From positions 1-64,000 of the IMG/VR virus record IMGVR_UViG_3300045988_141640: 64,000 bases of DNA, one strand, 5' to 3'. Position 1 is the first letter of the stretch; each line of letters starts with the position of its first letter. Shown piece by piece: positions 46,391 to 56,129 of this stretch. The stretch comes from a virus. The position numbers were made by a program, and so were the translations under genes. The notes under the pieces are model-generated. The model was not told where the DNA came from. It did no database searches and saw only the letters and a program-made list of their open reading frames with translations.

Positions 46391-46888
46391 ATGGCTATAG
46401 CTAAATATTTTATAAAGAAAGGAAGCGATACGGCAAAGGATTTGTATGCCACATACAGGCTGTATATACTTGAAAGCAAGGGATTATGGGATTTGCCGAC
46501 AAGAAAGGAAGCCTATGCCGAAAAATGGTATGACAAGAACGGTCAGAAGGTGTACGAACCTGTCACGCCTGTTTACCAGCCAACGGAAGGAAGCATAACA
46601 TTTGCCGCTTTGGGAGATGTGGAAACGGTAAAGACGAATATCCGTTCGTTCTATTCATATATAACCAATGTGATACCTGCCACTCCCGGTACGCCATACG
46701 GTTCATCCTCTTTCTCTATATGGAATGATGTATGGGGAGAATCGGCAAAGCAGGTGATAAGATGCACGGGTTTTGAAACAGGTGCAAAGATGAGTTATCA
46801 GGACGTTCAGGACTTGCAGAACCCGGACCGACTTGTGTCCGCCTATACATTTTCGTTAAATTTCAGTATTGACCAACCAACTCTTTAA
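46391..46888 (+). CDS. putative distal tail protein, 165 aa
   Basis: Position directly after the tape-measure gene. Confidence 0.35.
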   Translation: MAIAKYFIKKGSDTAKDLYATYRLYILESKGLWDLPTRKEAYAEKWYDKNGQKVYEPVTPVYQPTEGSITFAALGDVETVKTNIRSFYSYITNVIPATPGTPYGSSSFSIWNDVWGESAKQVIRCTGFETGAKMSYQDVQDLQNPDRLVSAYTFSLNFSIDQPTL

Positions 46889-46894
46889 AGACCA

Positions 46895-49800
46895 ATGATT
46901 TTACAGATTAAAAGAGGAAATAAGGTTATTGCGGAGAGTGCTGATTTCTCATACAGCCCGTCTTTGCAGGAAGTGAGAAAATTGACTTGTGAAGTCGTTT
47001 CCGTTGTTCCGATAGAGTTCAAGGCATACAACTCAAAGAGTGAATCGGAATACGATACAGTCGTATATAACGGTAATACATTCATCCTGTACCAAGCCCC
47101 ATCGGGAGATAATCTTAACGAAGCAGGAAAATACAAATACTCCCTTCTGTTTTACGGTAAGGAGGTGCTTTTGCAGAATGTGGCATTTCTTGACATAGTA
47201 AGCGGAACAGGTGGGGAAATAAATAAGATAAGATACACTCATGGCGGTCTGTTCCAGTTCTGGGGTGATGCAAAACAGCTTGCCGCACGTATAGAAGCAA
47301 ATATAGAATCTTACAATGCGTCATTGGGTGCAGGATATACAGGCATTGGCACATGGACGCTCAACGTGGATGCGGAAGGCGAACTGACGGAGGATATGAT
47401 TGATATAACCGATGGGACCAACCTGTTTGAAGCATTGAAGAACTTCTATGACAAGTTTTATCTCAATTATTACTTCTCAACGACAGCGAACGGTGGGATA
47501 ATAACCATTACGGACAAGACAAGACCGTCCGTAAACTGGACATTCAAGCAGGGTGACGGTGGGGGTGCTGTAAAAGTTTCCTCTTCCGTAGATACAAGCA
47601 CACCTGTCATAACCCGAATCATACCACAAGGTGGAAGCAGGAACGTTCCTCCCGAATACAAGAAAGACGCTAAGCCTGCCGATGAATCACGCTATTGCCC
47701 GTACATCCTTCTTCCGAATGATTCTGACAGGAATATAAGATATTATATTGACAGCGAATACGGATTGAAGAACTATGGTGTGAGAGGAAAAACCATATCA
47801 AACACGTTCAGTGGGATATACCCTTCCATCAGAGGGAAAAAACTTGGCGATCTGTACCCGTCAGGACTTCCAGAATGGGATACATACAAGGCGGATGGAG
47901 AACCAGACCCTCAATCGGGTAAGGTGGCAGGTGAGGGTGCTAGCGCATCTACACGGATAGACAAGATTATCGGTTCTACTCCTATAAAGAGTGATGATAG
48001 TGACAGTTTCTTCATTTATATGACCTCTCCCGGATTCAACCTAGGGTACAAAGTATATGAGGACGGTGATTCATCCGACAAGATAAACGACAATGTGCAG
48101 CCCCAGTACAAACCCCATGCTATGTTTGACAAGTACAGGGATTTCGAGAGTTTTGATATATATGGTACAAGGGCATATTATGACCAGCCTGTAAAGGTTA
48201 CTGCCACATTCTCCGGGAAGATGCTTTTCAGTATATTACCTATAGGAAGTGATGCTGTAGGGAAAAAGGTGAAGATTAACCTACGTATGGTTTTAAACCG
48301 TGTATTGGGTCAGGCTTCTCCATTGAAAGAGGTTGTTATCGGAGAGGAAGGTGCTACTGGTATGCTTGAAATACCTTACGACAAGACCTCTCTTGTAGGA
48401 TATATAGAAAAAGGTCAGAATACGACAGTCACCATACGTGTTGAGTTCACGTTTGATTCTGATATCCCTGCCGAAAGCTGTAAGATAGGCTTTAGTGAGG
48501 AAATGACATGCAACATACATTTCGGTAATCAGGACGGTTCACAGGACAGGTTCTATTATAAATACGCTTCTGTAACGGACGCGGTGTTCAGTATGCGTAC
48601 AGGAACTTATACAGGCACGGAATTTAAGATAAACAAAAACGGTATTATTCCTCTTTACGGTGAGGTGAACGGTGATACGGGGGAAACGGAAGAGGATGTT
48701 GCCATGTTTAATAAGGGGGCACGATATAAAATATCATGTTACAGAACAGATAGCGACAATGCCAAACTTCCCCTTTACACAGATGGTAAATCTCCTTCAA
48801 TTGCGGCAGGAACGGAATTTGTCATTCTGAATATCGTCATGCCCGAATCTTATGTGACAATGGCTGAGAACACGCTTGAAAAGGCGGCTCTTGACTACCT
48901 GTCAAGATATGACCATGAGAACCGAACCGTTTCACTTGACATATCTAGCGGATTTGTCGCAGAGCATCCTAACCTTTTCATTGACTTCATAGAAGGAAAT
49001 ATGCTAAAGGTAAGGGATGATGGAATAGGCGTGTTCGATTTCTCTGATAACGGTCAGATAGTGGATATGCAGTTGCAGATACAGTCTTTGGAAATTAAAT
49101 ATTCCAAGGATAATATGTTCCCGTCATATTCATGCACCATTGCAAGAAGAAAGATACTGTCTTTCTATGAACGGTTGGCACAGGAAAATCAAACGGCTTC
49201 AACGCAGAATACGACAAATATAACATTGGGTGGAAGTGGTACGGGAAGCGGAACGGGAAGCGGCGGTGGAAGTAGCAATATAACCAATGCCGATCATGCT
49301 AAATCCGCATACACACTAGACGATGATACCCCTGTGCTTAATTGGTTTTTGTCAGCACTGAATGACGATGAAGCGGAAGGTATAATCAATTTTCTTAAAG
49401 GTCTTAAGATATCCGGGAATCTGATAAACCGCATTGTGAAGCAGGGTGACAGGGATGTTACCTACACCGATGAAGACGTGATGAGCGCATTACGTGTAAT
49501 GGTTGAGATAGAGAACAGTGTGGAGAAGATGAAAGAGATATTCTTGCGGAAGGACGTGGCGGATTCCACTAAGTTCCTTCTCAGCATGTTTGCCGGTGCT
49601 GTTTTCGGGAAGAATGGTTTTGCAAGCGGCTTGACCGGATTCGGAGCCAAGATATTCGATACAGGGCATGGAGAGTTTGAGAGCATGTTTATCCGCCGGT
49701 TCCTTGAAGTTCCCGAATTAAGATACAATCGTGTGATGGTCACGCTGGGCGACAAGTGGCGTGCGCCCGGAGCTGGTATTATAGAAACAGTAGATACAGG

Positions 49801-52699
49801 AACCAAAACATGTACACTTAAACTGGAAGATGGTGAGATCGGAGCTGTCGCAGTAGGTGATATCTGTATGGGTATCTATCATAACATCACTGGGAATGCT
49901 ACGGAGGATTATGACGATGGAAAGGGCAACAGGCGTTTTGCCGGATTCTGTACGGTCTATTTCACAATCACGGAAGTCACAGGTGAAAGAAACGAAACAT
50001 TCAAATACCAGTTGCGTCCTACATCTTCATCGTGGTCTTCTTCTTTCGATCCATTTGAAATGATGACATTCGTTGCATATGGTAACTTTACCAATGCAGG
50101 CCGTCAGACCTCAGTCTACGAAACAAGGACTTACACCCGTATGTTGTGGAAGCAGAATACATGGGAGATCTCCGCTGCCAATGTTGCCCTGCAATATGGA
50201 GACCTTTCTAATCTGAATATATTCGGATTGAACATGGATGGTTACTCCATGTATCTGAATAATATATATATGACAGGTATTATCAAGCAGATAAAGCCGG
50301 ACGGAACACCTGTACAGACTTTGAATTTCCGTGAGGAAGGATATATACCTGGCGTACATTACGATTACTACGACAGCTTGTCTTATAACGGAAGCATGTG
50401 GGCGTGTATCAATGAGGATGGTTCGTCTGCTGCACCGGGATCTAACGGCGATTGGCTGGAGATTGCTTCTAAAGGTGATACGGGAGCACCGGGGGCACCG
50501 GGAAAGGACGGTGTGAGCGTGACCAATAGCGGTCCGTGGTATTCCGGCTTGGTTGTTCCCAAAATGAGTATCGTTACAATGGGAGGAAGTTCGTTTCTTT
50601 CTAAGGTATCCACTACCAATCCTCCCTTGTGGTGCTGGACAGACAATGCCGGTAATCGGTTTACTTTCAATGATGGTGGCTATTGCTTGACGGGTGAGAT
50701 AAATACCGATGAATATGAACTTTTGGTTCAAAGCGGAAAGGACGGAAGAGATGGTACCAGTTATGAGAGGGTATTCATCCATACTACAACAGAGAGTAAA
50801 CCTGCCACTCCTTCCACGTCACAGACAGACGATTATGTGCCTTCCGGCTGGCATGATGATCCTGTAGGTGTTTCCAGCTCTCTGCCTTATGAGTGGATCA
50901 GTGAGAGGGAGAAGAAAAACGGTATATGGAGTAAATTCAGTGCTCCTGCCCTTTGGGCGAAGTACGGATTTGATGGTGCTGACGGTGCTGAGGGCGTAGC
51001 CGGAACGAGCATCATTTGGAAAGGTGATTTTTCCTCCGCTCCTTCCAATCCTCAGAACGGGTGGGCATACAAGAATACCACTGATAAGAAATCATATGTA
51101 TATCAGGATGGACAGTGGTATCAGATGACTATTGACGGAATTGATGGGAAGAACGGAAAAGACGGATTGAGTATTGTATGGAAAGGAGATCTCCAAACAC
51201 CTCCTTCTAATCCTCAGACCAACTGGGCATACCGGGATACCAATAATGGTCGTGTATATATATGGAACGGAACAGCATGGGCATTGATGGTTGTGGACGG
51301 ATCGGACGGTGCTGATGGTGCAGCCGGTTCTGACGGATTGAGCGTGTTTATAACTTATAATGACAGCACTTCCCAACCTTCTGTACCTACCGGGAACGGT
51401 ACTACTGGAGGATGGCATACAAATGCGACAAGTACAGCCATATGGATGTCACAGAAGGTTGCTGCGTCCGCATCTGACGGAGCATGGGGTACACCGATAA
51501 AAATCAAAGGTGACAAGGGTGATGATGGTGAAAAGGGGGACAAAGGAGATAAGGGAGATAAGGGAGATAAGGGAGATAAGGGAGATCAGGGCGTACAAGG
51601 AATACAGGGCTGTATCATACGGGATTCCGAATGGACAACCGGGGTAACGTACAGAAATGACGAAGCCCTTACAAGCGGCACGCGGTATATTGATATCGTA
51701 ATGGTGAGAAACAATAGTGCGGTGGACGGATGGGATGTTTATAAGTGTATTAAAACACATACATCTTCGTCTTCTATAACCTATACTAACACTACCTACT
51801 GGACGGAATTAAGTAATGTTGGTCCCATCTATACCAGTCTTATTATTGCCAAGAACGCCAGTCTTGATTTCGTCCAAGGGAATGAACTGATAATAAAGGA
51901 TTCGAATAATAATGTCGTAGCCGGTCTTACAGGAGGAAGCAGCAAGGAAGCCGGTACGACACCTGTAAGGATATGGGCTGGCGGTGGTGTTCCGGGCAGT
52001 GCTCCGTTCCGGGTGGATCAGGAAGGGAATCTTGTTGCAACGAAGGCAAATATCACGGGGACAATAACTGCCACAGGTGGAAATATTGGCGGTTTCAATA
52101 TTTCCACCTCAAGTATGGAATCGGTTTCCGGGAATAATGCCATGCTCCTTTCCGCCAACTTGGTAAGATTTACCGGAAGTTATTCAAGCGTGTTTATTGG
52201 AGCGGATACTTTTCCTTCATCTAGTGGGGGGGCAATATTATGCCCATCCCGTATTTCGGTTAATAGGAATATAACGAATACGGCGTATGGCAATGTGGGC
52301 ATGTATTTTGACATACAAGGTTCCCATGCTTATGATGATAATGATTTTCAGTATACCGGGAATCATGCGTTGTATATCGTCAAGGGGGACATCTGTGGGT
52401 TTAGGCTCAGATTGCGCAGAATAAGCAAGAGCACAACTTTGTCAGTGATGGATAGTGTTATCATGGCTGTAACGTCCGGTATTACGCTGACTGTTCCGTC
52501 CACTGCGGAAGACGGGCAGTTCTACTGGATAAGAAACGTTTCTGGTGGTAATGTGACCATAGCCGGAACAAATCTTGTCGGCTGGAATTCCGGGGAGGTC
52601 AGCACTTCGATAGGTTTGTCCAAGTCAAAGGCGGCAGCAATGTATTATGACAAGCATAATAACAAGTGGTTTATGAACTGGATTGATTGTTGGAATTAA
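46895..52699 (+). CDS. giant tail tip / host-specificity fibre protein with collagen-like repeats, 1934 aa
   Basis: Position after the tape-measure and Dit-like genes. Contains G-X-Y runs (GDTGAPGAPGKDG; GDKGDDGEKGDKGDKGDKGDKGDKGDQGVQGIQG), duplicated about 55-aa WKGD...W.Y modules and a GGSGTGSGTGSGGGSS linker. Confidence 0.65.
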   Translation: MILQIKRGNKVIAESADFSYSPSLQEVRKLTCEVVSVVPIEFKAYNSKSESEYDTVVYNGNTFILYQAPSGDNLNEAGKYKYSLLFYGKEVLLQNVAFLDIVSGTGGEINKIRYTHGGLFQFWGDAKQLAARIEANIESYNASLGAGYTGIGTWTLNVDAEGELTEDMIDITDGTNLFEALKNFYDKFYLNYYFSTTANGGIITITDKTRPSVNWTFKQGDGGGAVKVSSSVDTSTPVITRIIPQGGSRNVPPEYKKDAKPADESRYCPYILLPNDSDRNIRYYIDSEYGLKNYGVRGKTISNTFSGIYPSIRGKKLGDLYPSGLPEWDTYKADGEPDPQSGKVAGEGASASTRIDKIIGSTPIKSDDSDSFFIYMTSPGFNLGYKVYEDGDSSDKINDNVQPQYKPHAMFDKYRDFESFDIYGTRAYYDQPVKVTATFSGKMLFSILPIGSDAVGKKVKINLRMVLNRVLGQASPLKEVVIGEEGATGMLEIPYDKTSLVGYIEKGQNTTVTIRVEFTFDSDIPAESCKIGFSEEMTCNIHFGNQDGSQDRFYYKYASVTDAVFSMRTGTYTGTEFKINKNGIIPLYGEVNGDTGETEEDVAMFNKGARYKISCYRTDSDNAKLPLYTDGKSPSIAAGTEFVILNIVMPESYVTMAENTLEKAALDYLSRYDHENRTVSLDISSGFVAEHPNLFIDFIEGNMLKVRDDGIGVFDFSDNGQIVDMQLQIQSLEIKYSKDNMFPSYSCTIARRKILSFYERLAQENQTASTQNTTNITLGGSGTGSGTGSGGGSSNITNADHAKSAYTLDDDTPVLNWFLSALNDDEAEGIINFLKGLKISGNLINRIVKQGDRDVTYTDEDVMSALRVMVEIENSVEKMKEIFLRKDVADSTKFLLSMFAGAVFGKNGFASGLTGFGAKIFDTGHGEFESMFIRRFLEVPELRYNRVMVTLGDKWRAPGAGIIETVDTGTKTCTLKLEDGEIGAVAVGDICMGIYHNITGNATEDYDDGKGNRRFAGFCTVYFTITEVTGERNETFKYQLRPTSSSWSSSFDPFEMMTFVAYGNFTNAGRQTSVYETRTYTRMLWKQNTWEISAANVALQYGDLSNLNIFGLNMDGYSMYLNNIYMTGIIKQIKPDGTPVQTLNFREEGYIPGVHYDYYDSLSYNGSMWACINEDGSSAAPGSNGDWLEIASKGDTGAPGAPGKDGVSVTNSGPWYSGLVVPKMSIVTMGGSSFLSKVSTTNPPLWCWTDNAGNRFTFNDGGYCLTGEINTDEYELLVQSGKDGRDGTSYERVFIHTTTESKPATPSTSQTDDYVPSGWHDDPVGVSSSLPYEWISEREKKNGIWSKFSAPALWAKYGFDGADGAEGVAGTSIIWKGDFSSAPSNPQNGWAYKNTTDKKSYVYQDGQWYQMTIDGIDGKNGKDGLSIVWKGDLQTPPSNPQTNWAYRDTNNGRVYIWNGTAWALMVVDGSDGADGAAGSDGLSVFITYNDSTSQPSVPTGNGTTGGWHTNATSTAIWMSQKVAASASDGAWGTPIKIKGDKGDDGEKGDKGDKGDKGDKGDKGDQGVQGIQGCIIRDSEWTTGVTYRNDEALTSGTRYIDIVMVRNNSAVDGWDVYKCIKTHTSSSSITYTNTTYWTELSNVGPIYTSLIIAKNASLDFVQGNELIIKDSNNNVVAGLTGGSSKEAGTTPVRIWAGGGVPGSAPFRVDQEGNLVATKANITGTITATGGNIGGFNISTSSMESVSGNNAMLLSANLVRFTGSYSSVFIGADTFPSSSGGAILCPSRISVNRNITNTAYGNVGMYFDIQGSHAYDDNDFQYTGNHALYIVKGDICGFRLRLRRISKSTTLSVMDSVIMAVTSGITLTVPSTAEDGQFYWIRNVSGGNVTIAGTNLVGWNSGEVSTSIGLSKSKAAAMYYDKHNNKWFMNWIDCWN
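51545..51589 (+). repeat. 9-bp tandem repeat (GGAGATAAG x4 plus GGAGATCAG) encoding GDK collagen triplets
   Basis: Read directly from the sequence. Confidence 0.85.
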
Positions 52700-52710
52700 A
52701 AATATAAATT

Positions 52711-52992
52711 ATGAAAATAGATTTTACAAAATTTCCTTGTTACACAGGGATAAAGAAGGATATCAGAGTTGAGATGGATATTGCGGAGTCATTGGCTAAT
52801 GCCATATACACAAATGTTCCGGGCATAGCCGCCAGTTCTTTGGCTCATAAGATTTACTCTGGCAAGGGAGAAGTAGATTACGATGAACGGGAAATACGAA
52901 TTATACGTGATTGTACACCGTTATTTTCTGGAGTTTATGCGGATTCCATAAACGATTATTTGGACACAAAAGAAAAGGAGGAACAAGGATGA
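52711..52992 (+). CDS. hypothetical tail-module protein, 93 aa
   Basis: ORF track. Confidence 0.45.
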   Translation: MKIDFTKFPCYTGIKKDIRVEMDIAESLANAIYTNVPGIAASSLAHKIYSGKGEVDYDEREIRIIRDCTPLFSGVYADSINDYLDTKEKEEQG

Positions 52993-53618
52993 TATTACAA
53001 GCAGGTTATGATTGTTATCTGACACAGGCCGAGGATATGCCTCTGTCGGAACGAAGATTTGAAAATCAGGTAGTAATAAACAGCCCTGAGGATGTGGCTG
53101 TGTGGAAAGAGATCACATCGAAACAGAAGGAGCAGATGATTGCCGAAGCATCATTTATTGATGTGGCGGCTATAGACGTTGAAGCACTTGGCCGTGTGAA
53201 TACGCTGCTCAATGATATTGCGGCAAACATCAACAATGCCGGACTTACTGTAGAGGAAGCATTGGCGAAGAAAGAGTACTTCCCCGCATGGGAGGATCTG
53301 ATAGGTACAGAGGTTGATGTGTCGTTCCGGTTCCGTTACGATGGTACACTCTATGAGGTTATACAGAAACATACACCGCAGGAGGACTGGAAGCCGGGAA
53401 CGGGTACGGAATCCTTGTACAAGGTTGTGCAGATAGAGCACTCCGGCACACTGGATGATCCTATACCTTGGGTACATAACATGGTGCTGGAAGAAGGCAA
53501 GTATTACACCGATAAGGAGGTTCTTTATCTCTGTATCCGTGACAGCGGAATAGGCATGGCATTTGACTTGGGAAATATTGTTTCGGGCGGATATGTTCAA
53601 GTAGTAATAAATAATTAA
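52989..53618 (+). CDS. hypothetical tail-module protein, 209 aa
   Basis: ORF track 52911-53618; start moved to the ATGA overlap at 52989 (MILQAGYD). Confidence 0.45.
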   Translation: MILQAGYDCYLTQAEDMPLSERRFENQVVINSPEDVAVWKEITSKQKEQMIAEASFIDVAAIDVEALGRVNTLLNDIAANINNAGLTVEEALAKKEYFPAWEDLIGTEVDVSFRFRYDGTLYEVIQKHTPQEDWKPGTGTESLYKVVQIEHSGTLDDPIPWVHNMVLEEGKYYTDKEVLYLCIRDSGIGMAFDLGNIVSGGYVQVVINN

Positions 53619-53630
53619 AAAAATACGATT

Positions 53631-54020
53631 ATGGCAGACAAAAAATTAAATCAAGTATCGCAGTTGACGGATTTTGATTATGCGTTGGTTGTAAAAGGGG
53701 ATGACGTGGCAAAAGTTACAAAACAGCAGCTAGCTACAATACTGGGAGGACTGATGAATAGTTTGAAGCTGTTCCCGTTCATGAATAAAGGGAGATTAAC
53801 AGGAACAGATGACTTAAATAATGTATTAACATCAGGAATCTATGAAATTAGTGCCCCTACAACAGGGGTACTAAATGGGAAAGATATTCAATACGGAATC
53901 TTAATAGTATTCTCAGCAGGACAAAGAATACAGTTATTAGGTAATGGCTTATACGGAAATGCATATTTTAGGACAGGTAGAGATAATGGAACATGGTATG
54001 ATTGGGTATCTATATATTGA
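53631..54020 (+). CDS. small tail-fibre / receptor-binding protein: constant N-terminus (aa 1-37) plus currently expressed shufflon cassette A
   Basis: Fibre-like N-terminus KLNQVSQLTDFDYALVVKGDDVAKVTKQQLATI; crossover motif at codons 38-42 (LGGLM). Confidence 0.65.
   Translation: MADKKLNQVSQLTDFDYALVVKGDDVAKVTKQQLATILGGLMNSLKLFPFMNKGRLTGTDDLNNVLTSGIYEISAPTTGVLNGKDIQYGILIVFSAGQRIQLLGNGLYGNAYFRTGRDNGTWYDWVSIY
53742..53755 (+). repeat. shufflon crossover site S1 CTGGGAGGACTGAT
   Basis: First of seven copies of CTGGGRGRACT; lies inside the expressed gene. Confidence 0.7.
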
Positions 54021-54044
54021 CATAAAATCTATTCGAAACGAGAG

Positions 54045-54058
54045 CTGGGAGGACTGAT
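54045..54058 (+). repeat. shufflon site S2 CTGGGAGGACTGAT (direct orientation)
   Basis: Identical 14 nt to S1; in frame with cassette B. Confidence 0.7.
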
Positions 54059-54335
54059 TCCTACCGCAAGTAATAAAAATAAAGGTTTAGTTGCTCCTGA
54101 TATGTTCTCATTTACAAGGGATGCCGTAACAGACGCTAATGGTTGTAGTGTATTCGGTAGTTACAAGTTGTCCCCCGGAGTCTTGAATGCCCCTGATGGA
54201 ATTAAATATGGTGATGTGTTATTCGCCGTTCCATGGGATACAAACACAATACACCAATTTATATATACGATTAGCGGAGGTACGTATAGAAGGGTTGGAG
54301 GAAAAGAAAATTGGAGTGAATGGGTAAAAGATTGA
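54059..54335 (+). other. silent C-terminal cassette B (92 codons after LGGL)
   Basis: Reads LGGL-IPTASNKNKGLVAPDMFSF...; same frame as the active gene but separated from it by its stop codon. Confidence 0.6.
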
Positions 54336-54386
54336 CAAGAAAAAGTGGTATTTCCACGAACTGGGGGAATTCTTGGGTATAAAAAA

Positions 54387-54417
54387 CGGGTGGTCCGGTA
54401 CAAGCCGGTTCCACCCG
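54387..54417. terminator. bidirectional hairpin between convergent cassettes B and C
   Basis: CGGGTGG-T-CCGG...CCGG-TT-CCACCCG. Confidence 0.5.
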
Positions 54418-54427
54418 ATACGACAAA

Positions 54428-54695
54428 TCACTTATAATACGCTAATAGCCTATAATGAAGTTTTCGGCTAGTATTAGAATGAAAAGTTACACCATTTGAA
54501 CTAAACTCTATAGATAAGCTGGTTGATTTTTCACCTGCAATAATCTTACTTCTATCAGTATAAATATTGTCCGAAACTGTTAGGATGAAGCCGGAGATTG
54601 CATAATTATCATAAAACGCATATATGCCTTCTCGCAACTTCATGTTTACATCAACATCAGGCTTTAAATCAATTGTTCCAACTGAAGAAACCTCT
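54428..54695 (-). other. silent inverted cassette C (89 codons after LGGL)
   Basis: In frame with S3; the track M is a TTG; no ATG near the 5' end. Confidence 0.6.
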
Positions 54696-54709
54696 AGAAG
54701 TCCCCCCAG
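54696..54709 (-). repeat. shufflon site S3 (CTGGGGGGACTTCT on the minus strand)
   Basis: Inverted copy of the core. Confidence 0.65.
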
Positions 54710-54757
54710 TCCGCAGAGTGGGAGAAATTTTGTTGCAAATCTTTCCAATAAAATTGT

Positions 54758-55022
54758 CTATTGTTTAAGCATAAACTCCTTAAATATTCCCCATCCGTTA
54801 TAAAAACGCCTAAAGCCAACGCTATCGAAACCAATAGTATATACAATTTGTACGATATATCCAGCTGCGTCATTGTAAACAATCATAATGGAATAGTCCG
54901 GAACAACATTAATATTTCCACTCCCAAACAAACGATATATTCCATTTTCTTTAGTATTGTTTACTTCATCGTTTGTTTTGCAGGTCCCTTTTGACATGAA
55001 CGGGAACAATTTTAAATTCCCC
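54758..55022 (-). other. silent inverted cassette D (88 codons; closest homologue of cassette A)
   Basis: MGNLKLFPFMSKG versus MNSLKLFPFMNKG in cassette A. Confidence 0.65.
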
Positions 55023-55036
55023 ATCAGTCCCCCCAG
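55023..55036 (-). repeat. shufflon site S4 (CTGGGGGGACTGAT on the minus strand)
   Basis: 13 of 14 nt identical to S1. Confidence 0.7.
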
Positions 55037-55050
55037 AAGTAAAAAATAGT

Positions 55051-55303
55051 TTACTTGTGCGCAATATTCCTTACTCTGACAGATTCTTCTCCTAATAAAG
55101 CTGTTGCATACAATTTACTTTCTTGTACTCTATACTTGATTCGATAGTCTTTTTCTCCTAATATAAATGAATTATCGTAATTGATTACGACTAAACTTGA
55201 CACGGAATCTAAATAGGAATTTGAAACGTAATAAACACCAGTACCATTTGCTATTAGTGTTTCTTCTCCTTTTGCTAAAGTGAAAGAACTATAGGTATTT
55301 CCT
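55051..55303 (-). other. silent inverted cassette E (84 codons; no start codon, absent from the ORF track)
   Basis: My translation: LGGL-IGNTYSSFTLAKGEETLIANGTGVYYVS...RVRNIAHK-stop. Confidence 0.6.
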
Positions 55304-55317
55304 ATCAGTCCCCCCAG
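55304..55317 (-). repeat. shufflon site S5 (CTGGGGGGACTGAT on the minus strand)
   Basis: Identical to S4. Confidence 0.7.
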
Positions 55318-55342
55318 ATCGCCAACAGGCAGAAATTCTTGT

Positions 55343-55700
55343 TTAAATTCCTACCTGTGTTAGTGTGCTGATATCTATATTTACCTTGGTTGCTGAAATG
55401 GTATTATTCATCGGTATACGGTTAGCAAAACATACTACAGCGTAGCCCCATCCTGCTACATAGACATAATAGTTATCATCATCATCTTTATACATTTTTA
55501 TTGATAACGGTCCAGAATTATGAGTAATACATAAATTATTACCATAACCATGTCCGCAGATAATAGAGTAGTCATCAGCTATTGCTGAATTACCTTCACC
55601 AACAATCTTAACAATCAAATTTTTATTTCTCGTAAAATCAATCCTATATAAAGCCGGAGAGTCTGTGTTTGCTGATAGATTTATATAGTTTCCATTTTGC
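55343..55700 (-). other. silent inverted cassette F (119 codons)
   Basis: In frame with S6; the track M is a TTG. Confidence 0.6.
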
Positions 55701-55714
55701 AGAAGTCCTCCCAG
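55701..55714 (-). repeat. shufflon site S6 (CTGGGAGGACTTCT on the minus strand)
   Basis: Inverted copy; shares the GGACTTCT end with S3. Confidence 0.65.
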
Positions 55715-55733
55715 AAGGATTTTGCTAATCTTC

Positions 55734-56046
55734 TTAAGGCAATAAATTTTGATAAGCAATTAAAAAAGGAACCCTGCTTCCTTCAACTCCTTCAATTTTG
55801 GAAGTCATAATAGTAGTATAGTCATTTTCAAAAGTGAAAGTAAATAATGTTCCATCAACATATTCTTTATACCCTCCAATATATTTTATATTTTTAGTTG
55901 CTGGAGATATTACAGCTATTGATGGATATAAATTATAATATTGACTACATATCACCAATATGCCATTTGCTTTTATTCTTTTTGATTCACCTTTATGTAA
56001 CGAAAATGATTCACTAGTAAAACCATTGATAATATTATTTATCTTT
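55734..56046 (-). other. inverted cassette G (104 codons; has its own ATG two codons upstream of the site)
   Basis: MLLGELLKINNIINGF... Confidence 0.55.
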
Positions 56047-56060
56047 AACAGTTCTCCCAG
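56047..56060 (-). repeat. shufflon site S7, degenerate (CTGGGAGAACTGTT on the minus strand)
   Basis: Most divergent copy; encodes LGEL. Confidence 0.5.
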
Positions 56061-56129
56061 AAGCATTTTTTGTGGTTTATTTTGTAAATACAGAAGATTT
56101 TTTTTTAACTTTAAAACAAAAAGTTGAAT

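Noticed and set aside
50111-50782. 223-aa minus-strand ORF inside the fibre gene
   Set aside because: It is an antisense shadow in the G+C-richer collagen-like segment, and it is Arg/Ser/Cys/His-rich.
54361-54372. Eighth shufflon site CTGGGGGAATTC
   Set aside because: It matches the consensus at only 9 of 12 positions. The downstream frame is short and runs through the terminator hairpin. It is probably chance or a decayed remnant, so I did not count it as a cassette.
54694-54994. ORFs 54694-54882 (-) and 54761-54994 (+) in the cassette array
   Set aside because: They are out of frame with the crossover sites and overlap cassettes C and D, and their composition is poor.
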